Below are positions 10,628-20,736 of a DNA stretch of 64,000 nucleotides, piece after piece; position 1 is the stretch's first letter, and every line of letters starts with the position of its first letter. The DNA is from an uncultured Actinomycetes bacterium (GTDB taxonomy: Bacteria; Actinomycetota; UBA4738; JBBDTT01): the NCBI GenBank assembly GCA_963742735.1, contig CAVUMN010000002.1, forward strand, positions 160,694-224,693. The letters run 5' to 3'. Below the pieces are notes generated by a model that did no database searches, was not told the DNA's origin, and saw nothing but the letters and a program-made list of their open reading frames with translations. The position numbers were made by a program, and so were the translations under genes.

Positions 10628-10850
10628 GCTCGGCATCCTTGTCCGGTGGGAGCTGGGTGAAGCGGATAGGTCGGTGCGACGCCGAGTCCGCGAGTTCATC
10701 GATCAACTTCTAAGTGACCCCGTCGGTCGCGGACGTGAAGAGGTGCCTGGAGTCTTCTCTGCACGGGTTCCACAGACGGACGTCACGCTCGTCTGGACGG
10801 TCCGCTTTGACGAGCAGCTCGTAGTGCTGGCCGTTGTCGGCCGCGGCTGA
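10590..10850 (+). CDS. RelE/ParE-like small protein, putative toxin
   Basis: 86 aa; helix-helix-LLSDP...GVFSARV...LVWTV...LVVLAVVG pattern resembling the RelE/ParE fold. Confidence 0.62.
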   Translation: MSPGIWRLDAASELGILVRWELGEADRSVRRRVREFIDQLLSDPVGRGREEVPGVFSARVPQTDVTLVWTVRFDEQLVVLAVVGRG

Positions 10851-10860
10851 GGCTCTCTGG

Positions 10861-10888
10861 TTGACACAGAATCTGTGAGCACGAGAAT
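10861..10888 (+). promoter_or_regulatory. sigma70-type promoter with palindromic operator
   Basis: TTGACA (10861-66), 16-bp spacer, GAGAAT (10883-88); palindrome CACAGA-A-TCTGTG at 10865-10877. Confidence 0.6.
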
Positions 10889-10894
10889 CGATTC

Positions 10895-11065
10895 ATGCGG
10901 AGGGTGACTGTGCGGCTCGACGAGAGGGCGGCCCGGTGGGCCCGAATCGAGGCTGCCAAGCGCGACATGAGTGTCTCCGCTCTGATCCGCGAGCTCCTCG
11001 GCGAAAAGATGAGGCGAGAGACTTCCCCTCTTCGCCTCGGGCCGAATGAGCTGACTCGGTGCTGA
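10895..11065 (+). CDS. ribbon-helix-helix (CopG/DUF6364-like) protein, 56 aa
   Basis: Hand translation: MRRVTVRLDERAARWARIEAAKRDMSVSALIRELL...; absent from ORF track. Confidence 0.72.
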   Translation: MRRVTVRLDERAARWARIEAAKRDMSVSALIRELLGEKMRRETSPLRLGPNELTRC

Positions 11066-11093
11066 GCCCCTGGCGCCTTGCTAGCCTCGGTGG

Positions 11094-11702
11094 GTGGGGT
11101 TTCTCGGCCGGCATCGCATCTTCGCGACGCTCCTGCTGATCGTCGTTCTGGCGGTCGGCCTGGTCGGCGTCACGGCGGTCTCGGTGTGGCAGGCCGCGCA
11201 CAACGACGAGGCCTCACGGGTCGATCACGCGGACGCGATCGTGGTCCTCGGGGCCGCCCAGTACAACGGCCGGCCCTCGCCGGTCTTCCAAGCCCGGCTC
11301 GACCACGCCCTGAGCATGTTCCGCAACGGGTTCAGCGACCGGATCATCGTGGCCGGCGGCGGCCGGGCGGGCGACGTCTACACCGAGGGCGAGGCCGGCC
11401 GCGAGTACCTGATGGGCGAGGGCGTCCCGCTCGAGTCCGTGAACGCGTCGGAGCAAGGGAACACGACCGTGCAGAGCCTGCGCGCGGTCGCCGATCTCAT
11501 GCGGTCCGAGGGCCTGGACTCGGCGTTCCTGGTCTCCGACCCATGGCATAACCTGCGGGTCCGGCGGATGGCCCGCGACCTGGGGATCACCGCCTACGTC
11601 AGCGCCACCGGCGCGTCGGCGGCGCGCTCCCAGGAGACCCGGTTCTCCGGCTACACCCGCGAGACGTTCGCCTACCTCTGGTACCGCGTCACGGGCCGGT
11701 AG
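11094..11702 (+). CDS. YdcF/DUF218 (SanA/ElyC-like) protein
   Basis: N-terminal TM; ADAIVVLGAAQY...RLDHA...EGEAG...LVSDPWHNLR. Confidence 0.9.
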   Translation: MGFLGRHRIFATLLLIVVLAVGLVGVTAVSVWQAAHNDEASRVDHADAIVVLGAAQYNGRPSPVFQARLDHALSMFRNGFSDRIIVAGGGRAGDVYTEGEAGREYLMGEGVPLESVNASEQGNTTVQSLRAVADLMRSEGLDSAFLVSDPWHNLRVRRMARDLGITAYVSATGASAARSQETRFSGYTRETFAYLWYRVTGR

Positions 11703-11856
11703 CGCTGCCCTCCTCGGTCGTCTCGACCGAGGCCGCCTCGGGGTCGAAGGTGCCCTCCTGCTCCAGGAACGTGTCCAGAGATCCGCATTGAGGACACTCG
11801 CCCATGCGGTTCTGCGATTTGTGTCCGCACACGGAGCACTCGTAGTAGCTGGGCAT
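11689..11856 (-). CDS. 55-aa stand-alone C4 zinc-ribbon protein (RadA N-terminal-like)
   Basis: Hand translation: MPSYYECSVCGHKSQNRMGECPQCGSLDTFLEQEG...; RBS GGAGGTGA upstream. Confidence 0.72.
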   Translation of the reverse strand: MPSYYECSVCGHKSQNRMGECPQCGSLDTFLEQEGTFDPEAASVETTEEGSATGP

Positions 11857-11945
11857 GCGCTCACCTCCAGACGCCGTCCCTACCCGGGTCGCGAAGCAAG
11901 CAAACGGCCTCCGGGGGTGTCGGAGGGCCGTGCTAGTCTCGGAAC

Positions 11946-12947
11946 GTGACGAGCGTCCGTGAGCGCACGGAGGCCATCGAGCGCGACACCCTCTCCCCGC
12001 GGGCCGTTCGCTCCGCCGAGTCCAAGGGCCGCGAGGTCGAGGAGCCGCTGCATCCGCTGCGGACCGCGTTCCAGCGCGACCGCGACCGGATCATCCACTC
12101 GAAGGCCTTCCGCCGGCTGAAGCACAAGACCCAGGTGTTCATCGCCCCCGAGGGCGACCACTACCGGGTCCGGCTCACCCACACCCTCGAGGTCTCCCAG
12201 ATCGCCCGCACCATCGCCCGGGCCCTGCGCCTGAACGAGGACCTCACCGAGGCCATCGCCCTCGGCCACGACCTGGGCCACACCCCGTTCGGCCACCTCG
12301 GCGAGCAGGCCCTGACCCCCTTGCTCGGCCGGCCCTTCAAGCACAGCGAACAGTCCCTGCGCATCGTCGAGCACCTCGAGAACGACGGGAGAGGCCTGAA
12401 CCTCAGCTGGGAGGTCCGCGACGGCATCCTGAACCACCCCTGGTCCATGCAGATGCCGGCCACCCTCGAGGGCCAGGTGGCCCGCCTGTCCGACCGGGTC
12501 GCCTACGTGAACCACGACATCGACGACGCCATGCGCGCCGGCATCATCGCCGAGGACGACCTCCCCGACCACGTCCGCGACGCCCTCGGCGCCACCCACG
12601 CCGAGCGGATCGACACCCTGGTCGCCGACGCCGTCGAGTACAGCGAGGACCGCCCCGAGGTCGGCCTGAGCGAGCCGGTCGCCGAGGCCCTCGACGTCCT
12701 GCGCACGTTCATGTTCGAGCGCGTCTACGTGCGCACCGACGCCGCCGAGGAGCAGGACAAGGCCATCGGCCTGGTCCGCAGCCTGTTCGCCCACTATCTG
12801 GACCATCCCGACGAGATCCCGCCCGAGTACCATCTGGCTCCGGGCGACACGACCACCCGCGTCGCCGACTACATCGCGGGGATGACCGACCGCTACGCCC
12901 TGCGGATGTACGAACAGATCTTCCTTCCCCAGGGATGGTTGCTGTAG
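11946..12947 (+). CDS. dgt: deoxyguanosinetriphosphate triphosphohydrolase (HD domain)
   Basis: RTAFQRDRDRIIHSKAFRRLKHKTQV, HDLGHTPFGH, DYIAGMTDRYA. Confidence 0.95.
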   Translation: MTSVRERTEAIERDTLSPRAVRSAESKGREVEEPLHPLRTAFQRDRDRIIHSKAFRRLKHKTQVFIAPEGDHYRVRLTHTLEVSQIARTIARALRLNEDLTEAIALGHDLGHTPFGHLGEQALTPLLGRPFKHSEQSLRIVEHLENDGRGLNLSWEVRDGILNHPWSMQMPATLEGQVARLSDRVAYVNHDIDDAMRAGIIAEDDLPDHVRDALGATHAERIDTLVADAVEYSEDRPEVGLSEPVAEALDVLRTFMFERVYVRTDAAEEQDKAIGLVRSLFAHYLDHPDEIPPEYHLAPGDTTTRVADYIAGMTDRYALRMYEQIFLPQGWLL

Positions 12948-12950
12948 GGG

Positions 12951-14755
12951 ATGCCGGGCCGGATCCGTAACGAGGACATCGACCTGGTCCGCGACCGCTC
13001 GGACATCGTCGGCGTCGTGGGCCAGTACCTCCAGCTGCGCAAGGCCGGTCGCGACTCCTTCGTCGGCCTGTGCCCGTTCCACCAGGAGAAGACGCCCAGC
13101 TTCAACGTCAGCCAGAACAAGCAGGTCTACCACTGCCACGGCTGCGACGCCTCGGGCAACGTCTTCAAGTTCATCCAGAACATCGAGAACCTCTCGTTCC
13201 CCGAGGCCGTCGAGCGCCTGGCCCAGCAGGTCGGCGTGACCCTTCGCTACGAGGGCCTCACCGCCCAGGACCGCCAGGCCTACTCGCGCAAGCGGGCCCT
13301 GCACGCCGCGAACGAGGAGGCCGCCGAGATCTACCACCGCTACCTGGTCGAGTCGCCGGACGCCGCCGAGGCCCGCGCCTACCTGAACGGCCGGGGGATC
13401 ACCGAGGAGACCGCCAAGGAGTTCAAGATCGGCCTGGCCCCGAAGGCCTCGGACTTCCTGCTCCGGCGCCTGACCGGTGGCGGCAAGTTCTCGCCGGAGC
13501 TGCTCATCGAGGCCGGCCTGGCCTCGAAGGGCGCCGACGGCCGTGTGTTCGACCGGTTCCGCAACCGGGTCATGTTCCCCACCAACGACCTCACCGGCCA
13601 GGCCGTGGGCTTCGGCGGCCGCATCCTGGACGACGGCCAGCCGAAGTACCTGAACACCGCGGAGACGCCCGTCTTCCACAAGGGTGACCTGATGTACAAC
13701 CTCGACCGCGCGAAGGGCCCGATCAGCGCGAGCGGCCGGGCCATCGTCGTCGAGGGCTACACCGACGTGATCCTGCTCGAGCAGGCCGGCATCCTCGGCG
13801 CCATCGCCACCAACGGGACGGCGCTGGGCGAGGGCCACTTCCGGCTGATCTCCCGCTTCGCCGAGGTGGCGATCCTGGTCTTCGACCCCGACGCCGCCGG
13901 GGGCCGGGCCGCCGCCCGCGCGTACGAGTTCCACGAGAAGTTCGAGGTGCAGGCCCGGGTCCTGGTCCTGCCCGACGGGCTCGACCCCGCCGACTTCGTG
14001 GCCGCCCGCGGCGCCGAGGCGTTCGAGGCCCTCGCCGCGAAGGCCGTCCCCCTGGTCGAGTTCATGATCGCCCGGGCCCTGGCCGACCGGACCCTCGACA
14101 CCCCCGAGGACCGCGTCCGCGGCGGTCCAGGCCGCGCTGCCCATCGTCACCGGCCTCGCCGACCCCGTGCGCCGCGAGCAGTACGCCAGCCTGCTGGCCG
14201 ACCGGGTCGGCGTCACCATCGAGGCGGTGCTGCTCGAGCTCCAGCGGTCGTCGTCCTCCTCGGCCCGGCCGTCGCCCGAGGCGGTGCGGGCCGCGGCCGC
14301 TCGCGTGCCCCCGCACCAGAAGCGTGGAGCGCGAGGCGTTGAAGCTGCTGCTCCTCGGCGAGGACGCCGGCGAGATCGTCGGGGCCCTCGAGCCGGAGCG
14401 CTTCCAGACCGCCCTGCATCGCCGCGCGTTCGAGGTCATCCGCGAGCGGGGCAACGACGTCGCCGGGTACGTGAACGACCTCGGCGACGAACCGCTCGCC
14501 AACCGGCTGACCGAGCTGACCGTCGAGCCGCTCGAGGGCGAGCCCACCCGCGAGTACGCGGAGGGTGTCCGGCTGCGCCTCGAGGAGTTCGCCGTGAGCA
14601 AGCAGATCGGACAGTTGCTCAAGCAGATGCAGCCCATGAACCCGCTCGCGAACCAGGCCGAGTACGACCAGCTGTTCCAGCAGCTGATGGAGCTCGAGGC
14701 GCGCCGCCGCCGCCTCCGCGAACAGGTCGGGGAGACCCCCGCCGGCGTGTCGTGA
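12951..14755 (+). CDS. dnaG: DNA primase (frameshifts near 14120 and 14320)
   Basis: CPFHQEKTPSF...CHGC Zn finger, KYLNTAET, TOPRIM VVEGYTDV, FDPDAAG, DPAD. Confidence 0.95.
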
Positions 14756-14849
14756 TTCGAGGCTCCCAGCAGGGTCGACGTCCGATTTGGCCTGCTACTC
14801 TCGGGGTCGCCCAGAACACTTGGCAAGACATCGTTCCGAAGGGAAATCC

Positions 14850-16159
<1,310 letters not shown>

Positions 16160-16163
16160 GGCG

Positions 16164-16466
16164 CTACGGCGTCGCCGCAGCCCCCGGAAGCGCCAGGTCG
16201 GGATCCGGCGTGGCGTCGTCGTCCTTGTGCAGCCGCTCCTTGATCGCCTGGCCGGTCTTGCCGACGCCCTCCGACACCGCGTGGATGCCCTTGGTCGCGC
16301 CGGCCGCCGCGAGCTCCTTGCCCTTCTCGGCCGCGGCGTGCACCTGCGGGTTGCCCATGACCTTGCCCCATGTTGCGCGGATCTGCTCGTAGCGCTGCCG
16401 CCCCGCCTTGGCCCCGAGCACGTACCCGATGCCGCCGCCGATGATCAGTCCCCGCTTGAACCCCAT
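16164..16466 (-). CDS. YtxH-like small actinobacterial protein
   Basis: GLIIGGGIGYVLGAKAGRQRYEQI. Confidence 0.8.
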   Translation of the reverse strand: MGFKRGLIIGGGIGYVLGAKAGRQRYEQIRATWGKVMGNPQVHAAAEKGKELAAAGATKGIHAVSEGVGKTGQAIKERLHKDDDATPDPDLALPGAAATP

Positions 16467-16531
16467 GCCGGCCTCCTCGCCACTTGGTCTTTCCCATTGT
16501 CCTTGCCGGGCGGGGTTCCGGCCAAACCCGG

Positions 16532-18019
16532 CTAGGAGACCGTGATCGCCGCGGCGGCGGAGTAGCCGGAGAACTTGCCGTTCGACGTGCGCTTCAGCCG
16601 GGCCCGGAACTGGTACGTGCCCGCCCCGGCGTCGGGGACGAAGGACGAGCTCACCGCGCGCGAGCCGGCCTTCCACATGGCGAAGAACGACGCCCCCGGC
16701 CGCCAGATCTGCACGTCGTAGACGTAGCCCGTGGGCGGGATCGCCGAGGCCCACGTGACGGCGAAGCTGCTGGACGTCCCCCCGGTCCCCGGCGACGCCG
16801 AGATCGGGACCTTCACCGTCCCCTTCATCGACGGGTGCAGCGCGCACCCGAACGGGTAGCTCCCCGCCCCGTTGAACGCTCTCGAGAACGTGGCACCCGG
16901 GCTCCGGTTCCCCGACGCGTAGGCCGTCATCCCGGAGGTGTCGTCCACCGTGTGGCTGCTCGGCCCGTCGAACCGCCAGGTCAGCACGGTCCCGCGCGAA
17001 ACCGAGGAGTTCGCGGGGGAGTACGAGAAGTCGCGCACGGCCACCGTCGACACCGGCGTCGACGTCTTGAACTGTCCCGAGTTCGGGGTGACCATGATCG
17101 AGGAGGTGTCGACCGCCTCGAACGCGCTGGCGGGGATGGACTTCAGCTCGTCCAGCAGGTCGGTGTTCCAGCCGTCCTCGGCCGATCCCTGGAAGAACCA
17201 ATCCGAGCCGTTGTCCGCGACCATCATCCCGTAGGCCTTGAACGCGCGAAGGATGACCTGCGTGTCGGCCCGGTACGAGGAGATGTTGAAGGTCGACTTC
17301 ATCCGGAACCGCGCGCCCATCGGGGGCAGGTTGGGGTCGCTCGCCGCGCCGGCCTGGTGCCGCGCGGGCCAGACGTAGGACCGGTCGGTCCGCGAGGCCG
17401 TGACGCGGATCGCGTGGTCGATCACCCCGCGCTGGACCTCGTCCAGGCGCACGAGCCCCGCGAAGATCGGCAGCCCCGCCGCGTCGGCGGACGTCCACCC
17501 GGCCGGCCGAAGCGCGTTCGAGCGGAGGTCGAAGACCGCCCCCGAGCCGGCGTCCGAGCCGTTGTTCGGCGCGAAGTGCGCGTCGTAGAGCTCGTAGAGC
17601 TTGCAGTTGTCCTTGTCGAGCATGATCGCGTGCTCGTCGCCTTCACCGAGCTCGATGGGAGTGTCCGCGTCGAACGGGTACGGGCCGGGGTCGCTCTCGT
17701 CGTCGTAGAGGAAGCTCACCGAGACCTTGGCGTGGTTCCCGGGGACGACCTCGTAGGGGAGCCCGTACGGCATCGACTCGCCGGAGGGCCCGAAGTCGGG
17801 ATGGAGCTTGCGGGTGCCCCCGCCCATCGAGGCGATCCACGCCGCGCTGCGCGAGTGCACCGGCAGCGTGGAGACGTTCGCGTGCCACACGTTGTCGGCC
17901 GGGAAGACGGGACAGGCCTCGGCGCCGGGCGGCCCCACGGAGGGGCTCGCCGCCGGGGCGCCCTCACTCGTGCAGGCCACCAGGACGGCGACGGCCACCA
18001 GCGCCGAGAGCCGCTTCAT
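16532..18019 (-). CDS. lipoprotein: uncharacterised domain + cupredoxin + beta-sandwich tail
   Basis: Lipobox LVAC; SHTV...CALHPSMKG type-1 copper ligand pattern. Confidence 0.75.
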   Translation of the reverse strand: MKRLSALVAVAVLVACTSEGAPAASPSVGPPGAEACPVFPADNVWHANVSTLPVHSRSAAWIASMGGGTRKLHPDFGPSGESMPYGLPYEVVPGNHAKVSVSFLYDDESDPGPYPFDADTPIELGEGDEHAIMLDKDNCKLYELYDAHFAPNNGSDAGSGAVFDLRSNALRPAGWTSADAAGLPIFAGLVRLDEVQRGVIDHAIRVTASRTDRSYVWPARHQAGAASDPNLPPMGARFRMKSTFNISSYRADTQVILRAFKAYGMMVADNGSDWFFQGSAEDGWNTDLLDELKSIPASAFEAVDTSSIMVTPNSGQFKTSTPVSTVAVRDFSYSPANSSVSRGTVLTWRFDGPSSHTVDDTSGMTAYASGNRSPGATFSRAFNGAGSYPFGCALHPSMKGTVKVPISASPGTGGTSSSFAVTWASAIPPTGYVYDVQIWRPGASFFAMWKAGSRAVSSSFVPDAGAGTYQFRARLKRTSNGKFSGYSAAAAITVS

Positions 18020-18084
18020 GGAAGCAGTATCGGCCGCCGGGCTCGCAAAGGTGAGCGCTGGGCCGCTGCTACACTCGCGGCCGA

Positions 18085-18157
18085 TCCGGGGTAGCTCAAT
18101 CGGTAGAGCGGCGGACTGTTAATCCGTAGGTTGTGGGTTCGAGTCCCACCCCCGGAG
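18085..18157 (+). tRNA. tRNA-Asn (GTT)
   Basis: Cloverleaf TCCGGGG...CTGTTAA...GTTCGAG...CCCCGGA; CCA not encoded. Confidence 0.97.
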
Positions 18158-18200
18158 CTCCGAAGCCGCAGGTCAATTGGCACTCAGTAGGGTTGTCTCG

Positions 18201-18698
18201 ATGTCGAGGGTCTTGGTGACTGGGATGTCGGGAACCGGCAAGTCGTCGGCTCTCGCCGAACTTGGCCGACGCGGGTATCGCGTCGTGGACACCGGTGACC
18301 CGGGCTGGCGCGAGTATCGCGAGGATGTTGAGTCCTCCGACGAGTTGCACCGTGGGGAGTGGCTCTGGGTCGAGGAAAAGATCACCGGGCTGCTGGACTC
18401 CGATGATGGTCGATCGCTCTTCGTTGAAGGGTGCGTGAGGAACCAGGCGAAGTTCTACGACCGTTTCACGGCGGTCGTCCTGCTCAGCGCCTCTGCTGAC
18501 GTGATCCTTGAGCGGGTCGCACGCAGAACGACGAACAACTACGGAAAGACTCCCTTGGAACGAGCGATGATCCTGGATGACCTCGCCCGGGTCGAGCCGC
18601 TCCTCAGGGAGGGCTGCACGCATGAGCTGGATGCCAGCCGACCGCTCGACGACATCGTCGCCGACCTGACCGCGATCGCGTCGCTTCGAACTGACTAG
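18201..18698 (+). CDS. small P-loop kinase (shikimate/NMP kinase-like)
   Basis: VLVTGMSGTGKS Walker A; LFVEG; ERVARR lid. Confidence 0.85.
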   Translation: MSRVLVTGMSGTGKSSALAELGRRGYRVVDTGDPGWREYREDVESSDELHRGEWLWVEEKITGLLDSDDGRSLFVEGCVRNQAKFYDRFTAVVLLSASADVILERVARRTTNNYGKTPLERAMILDDLARVEPLLREGCTHELDASRPLDDIVADLTAIASLRTD

Positions 18699-19726
18699 GC
18701 CTCGAGCTCCGCGAGCATGAGCGGAAAGACCTCACCCGAGGCGTTCTTGCCCATGAGGACGTCGAGGTGTCCGTACTTCGGCAGCTCGTACAGCTTGTGG
18801 TAGTCGGGGCGCTGCTCGTCGAACCACCGGAAGGTCCGCTCCTGGCTCTCCGGCAGGAAGCAGAGATTCTGGCGGCCGGCGAAGAAGGCGAACCGGGCGT
18901 CCGTCTTGGGCGGCGCCGCGACGAAGTCGGCCGGAAGCTGACCCTGCCCGTCGAGTGACACCAGGTGCCCCACATCGACGCATCGCGCCATCTGGTTGAA
19001 GAACGAGAAGGGGACCGGGCCGAACTCGTGCTTCAGCCACTCGTGCGTGTTCTCGTTCAAGTTGGAGTGCCGCCAGAGTGCGGGACGGCCGGCGCCGTAC
19101 GTGAAGCTGACCATCCGGCAGACGGTGTTGTTGCACTCCGCGTGGATCATGCGAACGGCCAGGGTGATGGCCTTCGCGAGCGGCGTCGGAGCGTCCTCGC
19201 CCCAATGCGGATCGAGGTAGGGCGTCAGCCTCGAGAGGATGGGTGCCAGCCGCTGCATCTTGAACTTCGAGACCGGTGGGATCACCGTGTGCAGCGAGAC
19301 GGCGTTGGCGACGATCGTCTTCACCTCGGGCACCAGGCCGGCGACCGCCGACATCATGAAGCTGGTGGAGCCCTGGCAGTGGATCACGGCCTTCAGCTCG
19401 TCCGTCCCCGTCTCCTCGACCACCTTTTGCACGGCGGCAGGGTGGTCGTACAGGGCGGCCTGATCGAGGTCCCACTCGTTCGGGGCGAGATCAATGCTCG
19501 CCCGCCAGTTCTCCAGCCAGACGTCGTGCCCGGCCTCGATCAGCGCGTCGACCAGCGTCGTCTCGATGGGCGCGCGGAACAGGTTCGCGCGGACGCCGGC
19601 GCCGTGGACCAGGATCACGGGGCCCTTCGTCGGCGTGCGCTCCCCGCGGACGTTGATCAGGTTGCATTCGAGCCCATCGCCCGCGGTGAACGGGACGACT
19701 CGATCTTCGTGGCGGGTCGAGGGCAT
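18695..19726 (-). CDS. alpha/beta hydrolase
   Basis: ILVHGAG, DVWLENWR, IHCQGS at nucleophile elbow, YGHLDV. Confidence 0.8.
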   Translation of the reverse strand: MPSTRHEDRVVPFTAGDGLECNLINVRGERTPTKGPVILVHGAGVRANLFRAPIETTLVDALIEAGHDVWLENWRASIDLAPNEWDLDQAALYDHPAAVQKVVEETGTDELKAVIHCQGSTSFMMSAVAGLVPEVKTIVANAVSLHTVIPPVSKFKMQRLAPILSRLTPYLDPHWGEDAPTPLAKAITLAVRMIHAECNNTVCRMVSFTYGAGRPALWRHSNLNENTHEWLKHEFGPVPFSFFNQMARCVDVGHLVSLDGQGQLPADFVAAPPKTDARFAFFAGRQNLCFLPESQERTFRWFDEQRPDYHKLYELPKYGHLDVLMGKNASGEVFPLMLAELEA

Positions 19727-19760
19727 CGGCTTGCGAACGCTCCTAGGGGCCGGAGCCCGG

Positions 19761-20186
19761 TTAGGCGAGCTCGCGAAGACGCGCGAGGACGTTGCCGCGG
19801 TGCTCGCGGTGCTCGTCGGGCGACATCGCCGCGAGCTGGCGCACCGTCTGGGTGAGCTCGTCCAGCGAGAAGGGCTTGCCGATGTGCGCCGAGGCGCCGG
19901 CCAGCCATCCGTCCAGGCGGTCGCTCGAGGTCTGCTTCGCGGTCAGCATCACGACCGGGATGTGCGCGGTCAGCGCGTTGTCCTTGAGCTCGCGCAGCGC
20001 CGTGAGGCCGTCCATCACCGGCAGCATCCAGTCGAGCACGATGACGTCGGGCTGTTCGGTGATCGCGATCTCGATGCCGTGCGGGGCGTCGGACGCGGTG
20101 AACGCCTCCATCCCCTCGAACCCGAGGTTCAGCTGGCAGAGCTGCAGGATCGAAGGCTCATCGTCGACGACGAGTACGCGGGTCAC
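19761..20186 (-). CDS. single-domain response regulator
   Basis: VLVVDDE, LDWMLP, MLTAK, KPF. Confidence 0.9.
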   Translation of the reverse strand: MTRVLVVDDEPSILQLCQLNLGFEGMEAFTASDAPHGIEIAITEQPDVIVLDWMLPVMDGLTALRELKDNALTAHIPVVMLTAKQTSSDRLDGWLAGASAHIGKPFSLDELTQTVRQLAAMSPDEHREHRGNVLARLRELA

Positions 20187-20198
20187 GGGCGTTCCCTT

Positions 20199-20639
20199 CT
20201 ATGAGGCCGCGAGCTCGCGGACACGCTCCAGCATGTCCGCGCGGTACGTGCGGCGTTCCTCGGGCGTCATGGTGGCGATCTTGCGAACCGTGTTGGTCAG
20301 GTGATCGACCGCGAACGGCTTGTCGATGTGGGCGTAGGCACCGGCGATCCACGACTCCAACCGGTCCTTGGGCATCGCCCGCGCGGTGAGCATCACCACG
20401 GGGATCTGCGAGGTCTCGACGCGCCGGCCGAGCTCTCGAAGCACGGAGAGGCCGTCCATGAACGGCATCATCCGGTCGAGGATGATGATGTCGGGGCGCT
20501 CGGTGACCGCCTTCTCGATGCCCTCTTCGCCGTCGGCCGCCTCGAGAACCTCGAATCCCTCGAAGGTCAGGTCGTACCGGCAGAGCATCCGGATCGGGTC
20601 GTCGTCATCGATCACCAGGACTCGCAGGCTCTGTCCCAT
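20199..20639 (-). CDS. single-domain response regulator
   Basis: VLVIDDD, LDRMMP, MLTAR, KPF. Confidence 0.9.
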   Translation of the reverse strand: MGQSLRVLVIDDDDPIRMLCRYDLTFEGFEVLEAADGEEGIEKAVTERPDIIILDRMMPFMDGLSVLRELGRRVETSQIPVVMLTARAMPKDRLESWIAGAYAHIDKPFAVDHLTNTVRKIATMTPEERRTYRADMLERVRELAAS

Positions 20640-20736
20640 GCACAGAAGAATGGGGTCGAGCGGCGTGTCTGAGTAGAGCTAATACGGACCATTTCCGTAT
20701 GGTTCGGCCGAACTAGGTGCTTCTCCGCAAAGTTGC

